A stretch of DNA of 64,000 nt from an uncultured Pseudomonadota bacterium (lineage in GTDB: Bacteria > Pseudomonadota > Gammaproteobacteria > Burkholderiales > SG8-39), in assembly GCA_963817785.1 (NCBI GenBank), contig CAWFPL010000008.1, forward strand, positions 912,463 through 976,462, read 5' to 3'. A program made the translations under genes and the position numbers. The notes below the pieces were generated by a model. The model worked only from the letters and a program-made list of their open reading frames with translations. It was not told where the DNA came from and did no database searches. Shown in pieces: positions 28,180 through 38,241 of the stretch (positions are counted from its first letter, which is position 1; the number at the start of each line of letters is the position of its first letter).

Positions 28180-29366
28180 GCCTGCCCCTTCACGGCTTGC
28201 GTATCATCGCCGTGGAGCAATACGGCGCCGGGCCATTCGGCACACAGCACATGGCCGATCTCGGTGCCGAAGTCATCAAGGTTGAGAATCCCGAAGAGGG
28301 CGGCGACGTTGGACGCGCGGTGGGACCTTACTTTTTCGCTCCCGGCGACAGCCATTTTCACGAATCCTTCAATCGAAACAAGAAGAGCATCACGATTAAC
28401 CTCAAGAAACCCGAAGGGCAAGCGGTGCTTCACGATCTGGTCCGGACCGCTGACGGTGTTTTCGACAACCTGCGCGGAGATCTACCGGCCAAATTGGGTC
28501 TGACCTACGCAGACCTCAAGGCCCACAATCCAGCAATTGTCTGTGCACATCTTTCCGCCTACGGTCGAAGTGGATCCCGCGCTTCTTGGCCGGGATACGA
28601 CTACCTGATGCAGGCTGAGGCAGGATACCTTTCTCTGACAGGCGAGCCTGGAGGGCCGCCCGCCCGTTGCGGAATTTCGATCATCGACATGATGACCGGC
28701 GTTACTGCCGCGTTTGCGTTGTTGGCCGGAATCGTGAGCGCACGCAGTACGGGCATCGGCCGTGACGTTGACGTAAGCCTGTTCGACGTCGCTCTGCACA
28801 ACCTCACCTATCTTGGTACGTGGTACCTGAATGAGGGGGTAGCGGCGCAACGCGAGCCTCGATCGAGTCACCCTTCCCTCACGCCGAGTCAACTCTACCG
28901 TACCCGAGATGGCTGGCTTTTCATCATGTGCAACAAGGAGAAATTCTGGCCCCTGCTGGCGCAGGCCTTAGGGAAACCAGAGTGGGCCGAGCATCCGGAC
29001 TTCTGCAACTTCAAAGCGCGTCTTGCCAATCGCGCCCGATTAACCGAACTCCTGGACGAAGTGCTGAGCACTGCCACCACCGCGGAATGGCTCGAGCGCC
29101 TCAGTGGTAAGGTTCCGGTAGCTCCCGCTTACGGAGTGGCTGAAGCCTTGGACAATCCGTTTGTCAAAGAGCAAGAACGCGTCATCGAGGCTGAGCATCC
29201 GGTCCGCGGCAAGATTCGGACTCTTGCCTGCCCGGTGCGCTGTTCCGGCGAACCCGATCGGATCGGGATCGCCCCGGCGCTGGGCGAGGACACCGAGGCC
29301 GTTCTGCAGGCCATCGGCTATGACTGCGAGCAAATCGCTCAACTTCGCGAGAAAAGGGTGGTATGA
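28176..29366 (+). CDS. family III CoA-transferase
   Basis: 396 aa with GLRIIAVEQYGAGPFGTQHMADLGAEVIKVENP...NRNKKSITINL. ATGA overlap with the ACAD gene. Confidence 0.85.
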   Translation: MSLPLHGLRIIAVEQYGAGPFGTQHMADLGAEVIKVENPEEGGDVGRAVGPYFFAPGDSHFHESFNRNKKSITINLKKPEGQAVLHDLVRTADGVFDNLRGDLPAKLGLTYADLKAHNPAIVCAHLSAYGRSGSRASWPGYDYLMQAEAGYLSLTGEPGGPPARCGISIIDMMTGVTAAFALLAGIVSARSTGIGRDVDVSLFDVALHNLTYLGTWYLNEGVAAQREPRSSHPSLTPSQLYRTRDGWLFIMCNKEKFWPLLAQALGKPEWAEHPDFCNFKARLANRARLTELLDEVLSTATTAEWLERLSGKVPVAPAYGVAEALDNPFVKEQERVIEAEHPVRGKIRTLACPVRCSGEPDRIGIAPALGEDTEAVLQAIGYDCEQIAQLREKRVV

Positions 29367-30115
29367 GCAAGGAATCACCCTCGCCGCTGGTCGCCAGCCA
29401 GCCGCAGTATGTGCTCGTGGCGCAGGCGCTAATGCGCGACATCGCGCGAGGGCACTATCCCGTGGGGAAGTTATTGCCGACCGAACTGGAGCTCTGCACC
29501 CAGTTCCAGGTCAGCCGCCACACGATACGGGAAGCCATACGCAAGCTACTTGAGAGAGGGATGATCGTTCGCCAGCGCGGGGTCGGCACCCGAGTCAAGG
29601 CGAGCCAAACGCACTCCAGCTACGTCCAATCGACAACCTCGATCTCCGACCTGACGCAGTACGTGAAGGATACGCGTCTCGTGACGACCAAAGGTCAGGA
29701 GGTCATTGCCGATGAGGCGCTGAGCGCAAAGCTCAAGTGCGCCGTGGGTCAGCGCTGGATCTGCGTAAATGGCTTCCGATACGTAGGCAGGGAGAAGTTG
29801 CCGATAGCGCTCACCGAGATTTACATCAATCCAATATACGGTGAGATTCAGAGGTTCATCGGCGTCACGAAGGTGCCGGTGTACACACTGATCGAAGAGC
29901 AATTCGGTGAGCGTGTTGTCGAAGTGAAGCAGGAGCTTCGCGCAGTCACGCTCTCCGCAGGAGACGCCAAACGTCTTAAGGCCAAAGTCGGCTCCGCTGG
30001 CCTGCTCATCGTACGACACTATATGGGAGCCAAGGACCAAGTGCTGGAGGTTGCGGTAAACCTCCATCCCGCCGACCGCTTTTCGTACCTTATGTCATTG
30101 CGTCTGCAGCTATAG
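29363..30115 (+). CDS. GntR-family regulator with UTRA effector domain (HutC subfamily)
   Basis: 250 aa with the wHTH LPTELELCTQFQVSRHTIREAIRKLLERGMIVRQRGVGTRV and a UTRA-sized C-terminus. ATGA overlap with the CoA-transferase. Confidence 0.85.
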   Translation: MSKESPSPLVASQPQYVLVAQALMRDIARGHYPVGKLLPTELELCTQFQVSRHTIREAIRKLLERGMIVRQRGVGTRVKASQTHSSYVQSTTSISDLTQYVKDTRLVTTKGQEVIADEALSAKLKCAVGQRWICVNGFRYVGREKLPIALTEIYINPIYGEIQRFIGVTKVPVYTLIEEQFGERVVEVKQELRAVTLSAGDAKRLKAKVGSAGLLIVRHYMGAKDQVLEVAVNLHPADRFSYLMSLRLQL

Positions 30116-30314
30116 GCGCCTGGCGTCACGGCTCGCCCCACTGAGCGACACGCCGACGCTCTAGCGGTCTCTAATGCATGGCGAGCGACCCTAGACAACC
30201 GCCAATCTTCTTTCGCATCTGAGCCTTAGAGTCAGTCCTCTCTGAGTTCAGTGCTCGCCCTAGCGGAATCAGTTTTGATTGAATTCATCATGACATAGTG
30301 ATTTACTGTCCGGC

Positions 30315-31088
30315 ATGGGCTCTAGCTCCGCGTCCCCAGGCATCCTTGGGCAATCGCGTTACGCGCTCGTCGCACGCTCCCTTTGCGACCACATCAACGC
30401 GGACCGCTATCCGATCGGCACGCTGCTGCCGACGGAAGTGGCTCTGTGCCAGCAATTCGGCGTATCGCGCACCACCCTGCGTGAGGCGATCCGGTGGTTG
30501 AGCGATCGCGGCATGGTCTCGGCGCGCCGCGGGATTGGCACGATGGTTCTCGCAAAGCAGCCCGCGACGCGATACGTCCACGCCGTCGATTCGATTGCCG
30601 ACGTCTTTCAGTACGCGAAGAACTTGCGCAACCCAATTGTCTTGAGCACGCACGAGTTCGACGTCGCCGTAGCCGATGAAGAGCTGCTGCGCGGCGCGGC
30701 TGGACAGCGCTGGATTCGTATGGAGCTGACCCGGACCTTCCTCGGGGACACAACGCCGCTGCTTTACGCACAGGTTTATGTACCGCACATGTTCGGGACC
30801 ATTGCACAACTGGCCCCGACCTGCAGTAACCCGATCTACACACTGCTCGAAAGCGAATACGGCGAGCAAATCCTTGCTGTGGAACTGGAGTTCGGAGCGG
30901 CCCCCATTGATACCAGACCGGCACAAATGCTTCACGTCGCACCCGGCTCACCAAGCCTTTGCGTCATCAGGCATTACTTTGGTTCCAGCAAACGCCTCTT
31001 GCTAGTAACGGTGAGCCATTATCACCCCGACCGCTACAGTTATCGGATGCGGTTGGATTTCAATCCGCAGCTTTCAAAAAGGCCGTGA
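30315..31088 (+). CDS. GntR-family regulator with UTRA domain (paralog of the preceding gene)
   Basis: 257 aa with LPTEVALCQQFGVSRTTLREAIRWLSDRGMVSARRGIGTMV. It is collinear with the 29363 protein. Confidence 0.8.
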   Translation: MGSSSASPGILGQSRYALVARSLCDHINADRYPIGTLLPTEVALCQQFGVSRTTLREAIRWLSDRGMVSARRGIGTMVLAKQPATRYVHAVDSIADVFQYAKNLRNPIVLSTHEFDVAVADEELLRGAAGQRWIRMELTRTFLGDTTPLLYAQVYVPHMFGTIAQLAPTCSNPIYTLLESEYGEQILAVELEFGAAPIDTRPAQMLHVAPGSPSLCVIRHYFGSSKRLLLVTVSHYHPDRYSYRMRLDFNPQLSKRP

Positions 31089-31172
31089 CAATGGCCTCCC
31101 ATTCAGCTCCGAGCGCTTCGCATCGCCTAGATTCGACGCCCAACCGATCAACGTGTTCCCAAGAGGAGTCAC

Positions 31173-32618
31173 ATGGACAACGCAGCCATCGCCCACAACG
31201 CAACGCCTGACCCATTAATCTCTGCATCGTTGTCTTCTTTTGCTTCCGAATTGCGCCTGGATGACGTGCCTGACCCAGTCTGTCAATGCGCCAAGCTTCA
31301 CATGCTCGACGCCATTGGCATTGCCCTCGCTTCGAGCACGGAGAAGTTCGCGCTGCAGATCGTTGGCGCTCTCAGCGGTTTGGCCGGACGTGGGGACTAC
31401 CCCGTGATCGGCTTTCCGCACAAGCTTCCGATTCGAGACGCAGTGCTCGCCAACGGAGCCTTGATACACGGCATCGATTTCGACGACACGCACTCGGCTG
31501 GTGTAATCCACGTTTCGGCTAGTGCATTGCCGATGGCGCTTGCCGCGGCCCAAAGTATCGCCGGCACCGGAAAGGATGTCCTCCTCGCCTACCTCATTTG
31601 CGTGGAAACGGCCAGCCGAATTGCTATCGCAGCCAAAGGCGGATTCCACGTGAAGGGATTTCATCCGACCGGCATGGTTGCAGCCTTTGGCGCCGTGCTT
31701 GGCGTTGGCAGACTGTGGGGATTGACCGAGCCAGAACTCGCCCATGCGCAGGGCCTAGTTCTCAGCAAGGCAAGTGGCTCGTTCGAATTTATCGAAGACG
31801 GTGCGTGGAACAAGCGGTTCCATCCTGGATGGGCTGTTGCAGCCGCGATCACAGCGTGCGCCTTGGCCAAAGCTGGCGTCATCGGTGCCCGCAAAACCTA
31901 CGAAGGGCGCTACGGGCTTTTCAAATCATATCTCGGCGACGCATGGCAAGCCGATCTCTCCGCCTGCACGGCAGGCTTGGGCTCAAAGTGGGAGATGCTC
32001 GCGGTAGCGCTCAAGCCGTACCCCGTCTGCCACTTCAACCATGCCTTCATTGACGCGGCGCTTGCGTTGCGCAAGGATTATTCGATCGCGCCTGACCAGA
32101 TCGAATCGATCCAAGCGCTTATCGGCAAAGACCAGATCGGCATTGTCTGCGAACCCGAGGCAAACAAGCGCCGCCCACAGAACGCCTACGATGCCCGATT
32201 CTCCTTGCCTTTCGCCATCGCCACGGCGCTCATACACGGTCGTCTTACGATGAACGAGATCGCGGATTCCGCCATCCATGATCATCGCGTGCTCGGGCTA
32301 TGCGACCACACCACGTATGCGATCGACGATACAAGCGCTTACCCTCGCCACTACTCGGGAACTCTAGTGATTCGCCTACGCGACGGCCGCACGTTCAGCC
32401 ACCGGGAAGAGATTAACCGCGGTTCGACGGAAAAACCGCTTAGCAAGGACGATGTACTGGATAAGTTCCGGCAAACCGCCTGCAAAGCGCTGCCAGCTGC
32501 CAAAGTGGAGAAGACGATTCGCGATGTGCTCGATCTGGAGTCACTCACCGGCGTAGATGCCTTCGTATCGGCGCTTGCCCCCGCAGTATCGTCTACCGCC
32601 CTGCGGGAGATGGCGTAA
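31173..32618 (+). CDS. MmgE/PrpD-family protein (2-methylcitrate dehydratase superfamily)
   Basis: 481 aa. The size and the patterns HMLDAIGIALASS, NGALIHGIDFDDTH and KPYPVCHFNHAFIDAAL fit MmgE/PrpD. A GAGGAG RBS precedes the start. Confidence 0.8.
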   Translation: MDNAAIAHNATPDPLISASLSSFASELRLDDVPDPVCQCAKLHMLDAIGIALASSTEKFALQIVGALSGLAGRGDYPVIGFPHKLPIRDAVLANGALIHGIDFDDTHSAGVIHVSASALPMALAAAQSIAGTGKDVLLAYLICVETASRIAIAAKGGFHVKGFHPTGMVAAFGAVLGVGRLWGLTEPELAHAQGLVLSKASGSFEFIEDGAWNKRFHPGWAVAAAITACALAKAGVIGARKTYEGRYGLFKSYLGDAWQADLSACTAGLGSKWEMLAVALKPYPVCHFNHAFIDAALALRKDYSIAPDQIESIQALIGKDQIGIVCEPEANKRRPQNAYDARFSLPFAIATALIHGRLTMNEIADSAIHDHRVLGLCDHTTYAIDDTSAYPRHYSGTLVIRLRDGRTFSHREEINRGSTEKPLSKDDVLDKFRQTACKALPAAKVEKTIRDVLDLESLTGVDAFVSALAPAVSSTALREMA

Positions 32619-32776
32619 CGCCAGACACCCTTGCCGCCGAGTTTGGCGGCATATTCACCAAGGTTGGTGCAGTGAATATTGCACGCTGTTCGGAGTCGAA
32701 CCTCTGACACGAATCGTGCCGCCAACCGCGACTCACATTATAGGGTCCTGTCCCACGAAATCGGAGGATGTGTGCT

Positions 32777-33208
32777 ATGGCGCCAAGAGCCACTCTAGTA
32801 CTCGGCGTGATCGGCGCCGATATCCATAATATCGGAATCACCATCTTGGCCTCGGCATTGAGCTCCGCCGGGTTCAAAGTAGTAAATCTGGGAATCTTGG
32901 TGTCGCAGACAGAATTCGTGAAGGCGGCCGTGGAGACGGCAGCCGACGCAATTCTTGTCTCATCGCTGTGTGGCCACGGCGAGCTCGACTGCAAAGGCCT
33001 GCGCGCCCAATGCACCGAGGCCGGGCTCGAGAACATCGTTCTCTACGTGGGCGGCAATTTGGTCGTCGGCAAGCAGGACTGGGAGCCGATCGCGCACAAG
33101 TTCGTGGCGATGGGTTACGACCGTGCCTATCCACCTGCCACGACCCCGCATCGCGTGGTCGAGGACCTGACGGCCGATCTCGTAGACAAAGGGAGGGCAA
33201 GAACATGA
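32777..33208 (+). CDS. glutamate-mutase-like B12-binding small subunit (GlmS/MutS type)
   Basis: [32 protein letters not shown] (the DxHxxG motif) and [11 protein letters not shown] match methylaspartate mutase sigma. The start could be ATG 32777 or 32768. Confidence 0.8.
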   Translation: MAPRATLVLGVIGADIHNIGITILASALSSAGFKVVNLGILVSQTEFVKAAVETAADAILVSSLCGHGELDCKGLRAQCTEAGLENIVLYVGGNLVVGKQDWEPIAHKFVAMGYDRAYPPATTPHRVVEDLTADLVDKGRART

Positions 33209-34665
33209 CCCGCGTGCAAAGTAACACCCTCCCGAGCATGACGCGGTGGGACGAGGATCGCTTCCAGGAAGTGCGGCGGAGCGTGCTGGCAGCATGGCCC
33301 ACCGGTAGTGAAGTCGATCTTGACGAAGCTGCCGCCTACCACCGCGAGATGGCGCCAGCTAAGAACACCGCTTGGAGACTTCGACAGGCGCGCGCCCAAG
33401 GCACGACGCTGGTGCAACCGCGCGCCGGCGTCGCCGACGTCGAGCAGCAAATTGCGCTTCTCCAACGGCTACGAGTCGCAGGCGCAGATCTCCTCCCTAC
33501 GACTGTGGACTCGTACACTCGAGAATGCCGCTACGAGGATGCCGCGCGCGGCCTCGCGCAAAGCCGGGAAGCGGGCCGCTCACTGCTCAACGGCTTTCCC
33601 GCCGTCAACTATGGTGTACGAACTTGCCGTCGCCTCGTCGAGGCGGTGGATGCACCCCTGTTCGCTCGCACCGCGGCGCCCGACTGCCGCCTTACTCACG
33701 AAATCATGTACGCGGGCGGCTATAGCTCGTGCACGGCAGGCCCGATTGTCTTCTCGTTGGGGTATGCCAAGGATTATCCTCTGGCGAATGCGATCGAAGC
33801 CTGGCAATACTCGTATCGCATGATGGGCGCCTACCATGAGCGGGGCGTCACCTTGAGCGTCGAGCACTACTTGCCGATCTCGACCTTGGTCCCGCATGCG
33901 ACGTCGATGGCCTGCGCGCTCCTGGATTCCCTGATCGCCGCCGCGCAAGGTGTGCGCGACATCTCCCTCGGATTCGGCCAGCAATGCCATCTTGTCCAGG
34001 ATGCCGCCGCGCTGCGCGCCTATCCGGCCCTCGGCCGTCATTATCTCCACACCTTCGGCTTCACTGACGTAGAACTGAGCACGGTGATGTCGCAGTGGAT
34101 GGGTGGGTTTCCCAGCGACGAAGGACAGGCGTTCGGTGTCATCTGCATGGCCGCGCTCGCCGGTTACCTGGGCGGCGTTACTTACATGATCTCGAAGTCG
34201 CCCCACGAAGCGGCAGGCATCCCAACACCAGAGGCGAACATGCACGGCGTGAGTGCCTCGAAGATGGTGCTCAGAATGCTCGCTGACCAAAAGCTCGCCC
34301 CCATCCCAGAGATTGCCGCCGAGCAAGCGATCCTGGAAGCCGAGACGCGAGCCATCGTAGACCGCGCGCTCGAGCTCGGCGAGGGAGACGCCGCTCTGGC
34401 GGCAATTCGGGCGATCGAAGCCGGCGTCATTGACGTGCCCTTCTCGCCGCATCGTTCGAACGCCAACCAAGCGCTGCCGGCGCGAGATTGGCGCGGCGCT
34501 GTTCGGCTCGCGCAAGTCGGGGGCGTGCCGATTCCGAAGGAAATCCGCGAGCATCACCAGGCCGAACTCGCACGCCGCACGGCAGGGCGGGCAGAACGGC
34601 AACCCTGGGAACTGTTACTAGCCGATGTGAACGCGATCAGCGAAGGCATGCTGCTCCCCGACTGA
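33205..34665 (+). CDS. glutamate-mutase-like large subunit (GlmE/MutE type), atypical active site
   Basis: ATG 33205 forms an ATGA overlap and gives 486 aa. The protein is collinear with clostridial GlmE as I recall it: [42 protein letters not shown]-like [11 protein letters not shown], and [11 protein letters not shown]. Confidence 0.8.
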   Translation: MTRVQSNTLPSMTRWDEDRFQEVRRSVLAAWPTGSEVDLDEAAAYHREMAPAKNTAWRLRQARAQGTTLVQPRAGVADVEQQIALLQRLRVAGADLLPTTVDSYTRECRYEDAARGLAQSREAGRSLLNGFPAVNYGVRTCRRLVEAVDAPLFARTAAPDCRLTHEIMYAGGYSSCTAGPIVFSLGYAKDYPLANAIEAWQYSYRMMGAYHERGVTLSVEHYLPISTLVPHATSMACALLDSLIAAAQGVRDISLGFGQQCHLVQDAAALRAYPALGRHYLHTFGFTDVELSTVMSQWMGGFPSDEGQAFGVICMAALAGYLGGVTYMISKSPHEAAGIPTPEANMHGVSASKMVLRMLADQKLAPIPEIAAEQAILEAETRAIVDRALELGEGDAALAAIRAIEAGVIDVPFSPHRSNANQALPARDWRGAVRLAQVGGVPIPKEIREHHQAELARRTAGRAERQPWELLLADVNAISEGMLLPD

Positions 34666-34690
34666 CCTCGCCGCTGGGAGACTGAGGGAG

Positions 34691-35137
34691 GTGAGCCAAC
34701 AACCTTTACGCGGTGTGCGGTTCGTAGATCTCACGACGGTCCTGATGGGCCCTTTCGCGACGCAGATTCTTGGCGATTACGGCGCTGACGTCATCAAAGT
34801 TGAATCGCCCGCGGGAGATCCCGTACGCGGAATCGGTCCGGCCCGCCAACCGGTATGGGTTCGATCTTCCTGCAGGCCAACCGCAACAAGCGCAGCCTGG
34901 TGCTTGACCTGCGCACTTCCGAAGGCCTGGCGTTATTGCGGGAGCTCATCGCCACTGCAGACATCTTCGCCTACAACTTGCGACCGCAGGCGATGGAAAA
35001 GCTCGCTCTTACGTATAGCGGTCCATGTAAGCGCCGAGATCCTCGCCTCGCTCGGTCGCGCACCGCAGGACATCGCGGCGCTGGCCGAACGCGCCATCAC
35101 CCGGATCGACCCCGAAAGCGCTGCGCTGCCGACCTAG
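34691..35137 (+). pseudogene. family III CoA-transferase remnant (frameshift plus large internal deletion)
   Basis: Frame 2 reads [44 protein letters not shown]. Frame 1 (ORF 34855..) continues with [25 protein letters not shown]...[13 protein letters not shown]. Frame 2 then gives only the extreme C-terminus ([20 protein letters not shown]). About 250 central residues are missing. Confidence 0.8.
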
Positions 35138-36012
35138 GCTCGCCTACGTCCCTCGACGGGCTTGGTTGGCAGCTTGTCCGGCTTGCTCGGACCCCACACG
35201 CGGCTATAGTAGGTGTCGGCGAGCTGCAGCGCACCGACCGGGTTGTGCGCAAGCACACGGTCCTTCGTGACCAGCGTGGTAACCAGTCCCCGCGAGTAGC
35301 GGATGAACAGACTGTCGTGCCCCACGCACAGGCCGACGATTACGTTCAGCTCACAACCGGCACGGTTAAGTAGTTCGGCCTGCGATATGGGATTGCAGAT
35401 TGCCTCGAACGTTCCTGGACGGATCTTATCTTCGTCCTTGAGCCCGATTTCCTCCTTCGGCACACCGCCGTTCTTGCAGGCGACCGAGGCGACTTCCAGC
35501 CCGTGGCTCTCGAGAATGGCGCTAAACACGCGCGACAGATCGACGAAGCTAATGCAGGTGGCGATGCCGACGTGGCGAAACCCCATGCGCTTGGCAAAGT
35601 GACAGATCTCCTCGACCCGCGTCCACTTGCAATAACCTTCGCTTTCCACAGCCGCCGAAACTCGCGCGATGCGCTCGATGAAGGGATTGCGTCGATAATC
35701 CTGCGCATCAGCGATACCCTCGGGGTCGACCTTGGATGGGCAAAATCCGGGGCCTCGCTCATCGCTCTCCCCTTGGCGACATGCGCGAACCGTGTTCGGG
35801 CAATACGCGCAGGCCGGCGTTTCGTATGCAGCCACTACCGCATTCTTAATCCAGGGGTCATACAAAACGAGCCTACGCTCAGCCTCAAGCCGCTTCAACC
35901 GTTTTGAGCTGAGCGATTCAAGATTCTCCCTTGAAGGGGAAACGATGGATTCCAGGCGCAAATGCGACTCGTTCCGGCGACTCACGGGAACCGTGACGGC
36001 AGCACACGTCAA
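35134..36012 (-). CDS. Cys-rich metal-binding protein (DUF1847-like by recollection)
   Basis: Track ORF of 292 aa with [20 protein letters not shown] and [14 protein letters not shown]. The true start is uncertain, since several internal TTG/GTG codons are available. Confidence 0.5.
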   Translation of the reverse strand: MTCAAVTVPVSRRNESHLRLESIVSPSRENLESLSSKRLKRLEAERRLVLYDPWIKNAVVAAYETPACAYCPNTVRACRQGESDERGPGFCPSKVDPEGIADAQDYRRNPFIERIARVSAAVESEGYCKWTRVEEICHFAKRMGFRHVGIATCISFVDLSRVFSAILESHGLEVASVACKNGGVPKEEIGLKDEDKIRPGTFEAICNPISQAELLNRAGCELNVIVGLCVGHDSLFIRYSRGLVTTLVTKDRVLAHNPVGALQLADTYYSRVWGPSKPDKLPTKPVEGRRRA

Positions 36013-36336
36013 AAGGGAGTAGCTGACCGGACCCGATTACTTGTCAGGCCGACGGCTTCATCGGACACCGCGTAGCCTTAAAGTGCGAACGCACGTGCGT
36101 TTGATTGGCGGATTAAAGTGCTGTCAAAGTCGGTCGAGCGCTCCACCAGCAGTAGTGAGCGACAGTAGCCCGGCGCCCTTGAAAATCACCAAATAGTGAT
36201 CGCTGCGCAAGACATCCACGTCGTATCGCCGAATTCCGCACCGCGTACTGATTCTGTATGCGGGCACATTCCAAATTCTCCGTATGTCTTATCCATCGCT
36301 GCTGGAGAGGCGGAGACGATGGCGGAGCTCTGCAAA

Positions 36337-36430
36337 TGGCGGAAGAGGTAGGAGTCGAACCTACCAGAGACGTCAGACGCCTCTCCCCGGATTTGAAGTC
36401 CGTGCGTCCCACCGGGGACGTTGCTCTTCC
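36337..36430 (-). tRNA. selC: tRNA-Sec (anticodon UCA)
   Basis: The reverse complement reads GGAAGAGCAACGTCCCCGGTGGGACGCACGGACTTCAAATCCGGGGAGAGGCGTCTGACGTCTCTGGTAGGTTCGACTCCTACCTCTTCCGCCA. It has the anticodon loop CUUCAAAUC, a long variable arm, the T-loop GGTTCGACTCC and a 3' GCCA. It is closely collinear with E. coli selC as I remember it. Confidence 0.9.
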
Positions 36431-38241
36431 TCGGAAAGCTTGCGTGCGAAGCGCAGGTCGCCCGCTCGCCGCGTGTAGCCGGCCTCGTCGAGGTACTCGA
36501 GCATCGCAATCGTCAGATTGCGGCCGAGGCCGCTGCGGTCGCGAAACTGCGCCGCCGTGAATCCGCGTTTTTTCGACTCGCGGTCCAGCGTCACCGCCAG
36601 ATCCACTAATCGGTCGACCATCTCCGGCAAGAAGAAGCGGTTCGGGGCCACGCGATGCACACGCCCCGCGCGCGCCACCCGATGCAGGAATTCGGCCACC
36701 ATCTTGGGCTCCATCGCGACACGCTCCGCCAACTCGTGTACTCGAGGGGGCCTGCCGCCCTCGCCCCCGAGGAGCAGCGCGCACCTTTGCCAAAGGACCT
36801 CATCCTGCGCCGAGAGTGCCGGGACGTGACTGGGCAGGCGCAGGCTCGGGCCTTCGCGCGCGAGTTGTCCGGCGCCGACCAGGGACTCGATTACCGCCGC
36901 GAGCGGAGCACCGACGTCTGCTGGCCGCGGGCCGATCGCATCAGGATACGCCGCGTGCCAGGCAGCGACGGAACTCACAAGCGCCTCGCAATGCGCCTCC
37001 CACCGTTCTCGCCGCATCATGTGGCGCACCCCGCGCACGGCGAAGGCGACGAGTCCCTCCGCACGAAGGGGAGGAACGTGGAACGTCCTTTCAAACCACT
37101 CAACGTTCACTATTCCCTTGGTCAACAGAGCGTCGAGGGCCTGTTCGGCGGATCGGCCCACGAACAGCCCAAGCGTGGCGACGCGCTCGGGCCGCGAAGC
37201 GCCTCGTTCGGGTGGCAGCGGATCGACCACCACACCCGCGCCGACGAGTCGCCAGGAGCCCGGATCGCGCAGCAGCAGACGGTCGCCGTGCCACGCCGAA
37301 ACCGCGCGCGGAAAAGCAAGCCGCGCAAAGCGCCCGAATGGCGAGAGCCTCGCCTGCAGCATCGCGGTACCCAAGTGCACGCCGAGCGTGACGGCCCGGA
37401 CGAGTGGCGCCTGGAGCCACGCCACCTCGATGTCGACGTGCCGCGACACGGGCGCAGGTGCCGAATCCGCAAGCACATCACCGCGCTGCAGCTGGCCGCG
37501 CGCGACGCCGTGCAGGGCTAGCGCGCAGCGCTGTCCAGCGGTTGTGCGAGCCGCTTCGCAACCGTTCGCGCGCAAACTGCGCACGCGCGCGCGGCGTGCC
37601 GCGGGCAGCACCTGCACCTCGTCCCCCAGCGTGACTGCGCCCGACAGGACGGTGCCCGTGGCGACGAGACCAATGCCGTCGATCACGAAGGCGCGATCCA
37701 CGTTCATCCGGAAACGTGGCGCCGTGGCGTGCGGCGGCACGCTGCCGGCGATGGCGGTGAGCCTATTACGCAGCCCATCGAGCCCGTGGCCGGTGACCGC
37801 GGACACCTGCAGAACCTCGGATCCCTCGAATCGGCCCCGGGCGAGTAGAGCACGCAATTCGACCTCTGCCTGCGCCGCGCGCTCGGGCGCCGTGCGGTCG
37901 ACCTTGCTTAGCACGGCGAGCAGCCGCGGCGCACCGAGATGCTCGAGGATGGCCACGTGCTCGCGCGTCTGCGGCATGGGTCCGTCGTCGGCAGCAACCA
38001 CCAGCAGCGCGAGGTCAATACCCTGCACGCCTGCAGTCATGTTGCGCACGAAGCGCTCGTGCCCCGGTACGTCGATGAACGCAATTGGCGCGCCGCCGGC
38101 GAGGGGCAGATAGGCGAAGCCGAGGTCGATGGACATGCCGCGGCGCTTTTCCTCCGGCAGCCGATCAGTGTCGACGCCGGTGAGCGCGCGCACGAGGGCG
38201 GTCTTGCCGTGGTCCACGTGGCCGGCCGTGGCGACGATCAC
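36373..38241 (-). CDS. selB: selenocysteine-specific translation elongation factor SelB
   Basis: 622 aa with [30 protein letters not shown] and the C-terminal winged-helix region. GTGA overlap with selA. The ORF 3' end runs 58 nt into selC. Confidence 0.9.
   Translation of the reverse strand: MIVATAGHVDHGKTALVRALTGVDTDRLPEEKRRGMSIDLGFAYLPLAGGAPIAFIDVPGHERFVRNMTAGVQGIDLALLVVAADDGPMPQTREHVAILEHLGAPRLLAVLSKVDRTAPERAAQAEVELRALLARGRFEGSEVLQVSAVTGHGLDGLRNRLTAIAGSVPPHATAPRFRMNVDRAFVIDGIGLVATGTVLSGAVTLGDEVQVLPAARRARVRSLRANGCEAARTTAGQRCALALHGVARGQLQRGDVLADSAPAPVSRHVDIEVAWLQAPLVRAVTLGVHLGTAMLQARLSPFGRFARLAFPRAVSAWHGDRLLLRDPGSWRLVGAGVVVDPLPPERGASRPERVATLGLFVGRSAEQALDALLTKGIVNVEWFERTFHVPPLRAEGLVAFAVRGVRHMMRRERWEAHCEALVSSVAAWHAAYPDAIGPRPADVGAPLAAVIESLVGAGQLAREGPSLRLPSHVPALSAQDEVLWQRCALLLGGEGGRPPRVHELAERVAMEPKMVAEFLHRVARAGRVHRVAPNRFFLPEMVDRLVDLAVTLDRESKKRGFTAAQFRDRSGLGRNLTIAMLEYLDEAGYTRRAGDLRFARKLSEEEQRPRWDARTSNPGRGV

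Noticed and set aside
32632-32651. Hairpin tgccgcc-gagttt-ggcggca after the PrpD-family gene as an intrinsic terminator
   Set aside because: It has only a 7-bp stem and no real T-run (tattcacc follows). The glmS-like gene lies 125 nt downstream and may be co-transcribed. It is too weak to list as a feature.
36113-36793. 226-aa minus-strand ORF and neighbouring ORFs spanning selC and the selB 3' end
   Set aside because: They overlap a confidently identified tRNA-Sec gene and the selB frame, and their composition is non-protein-like.
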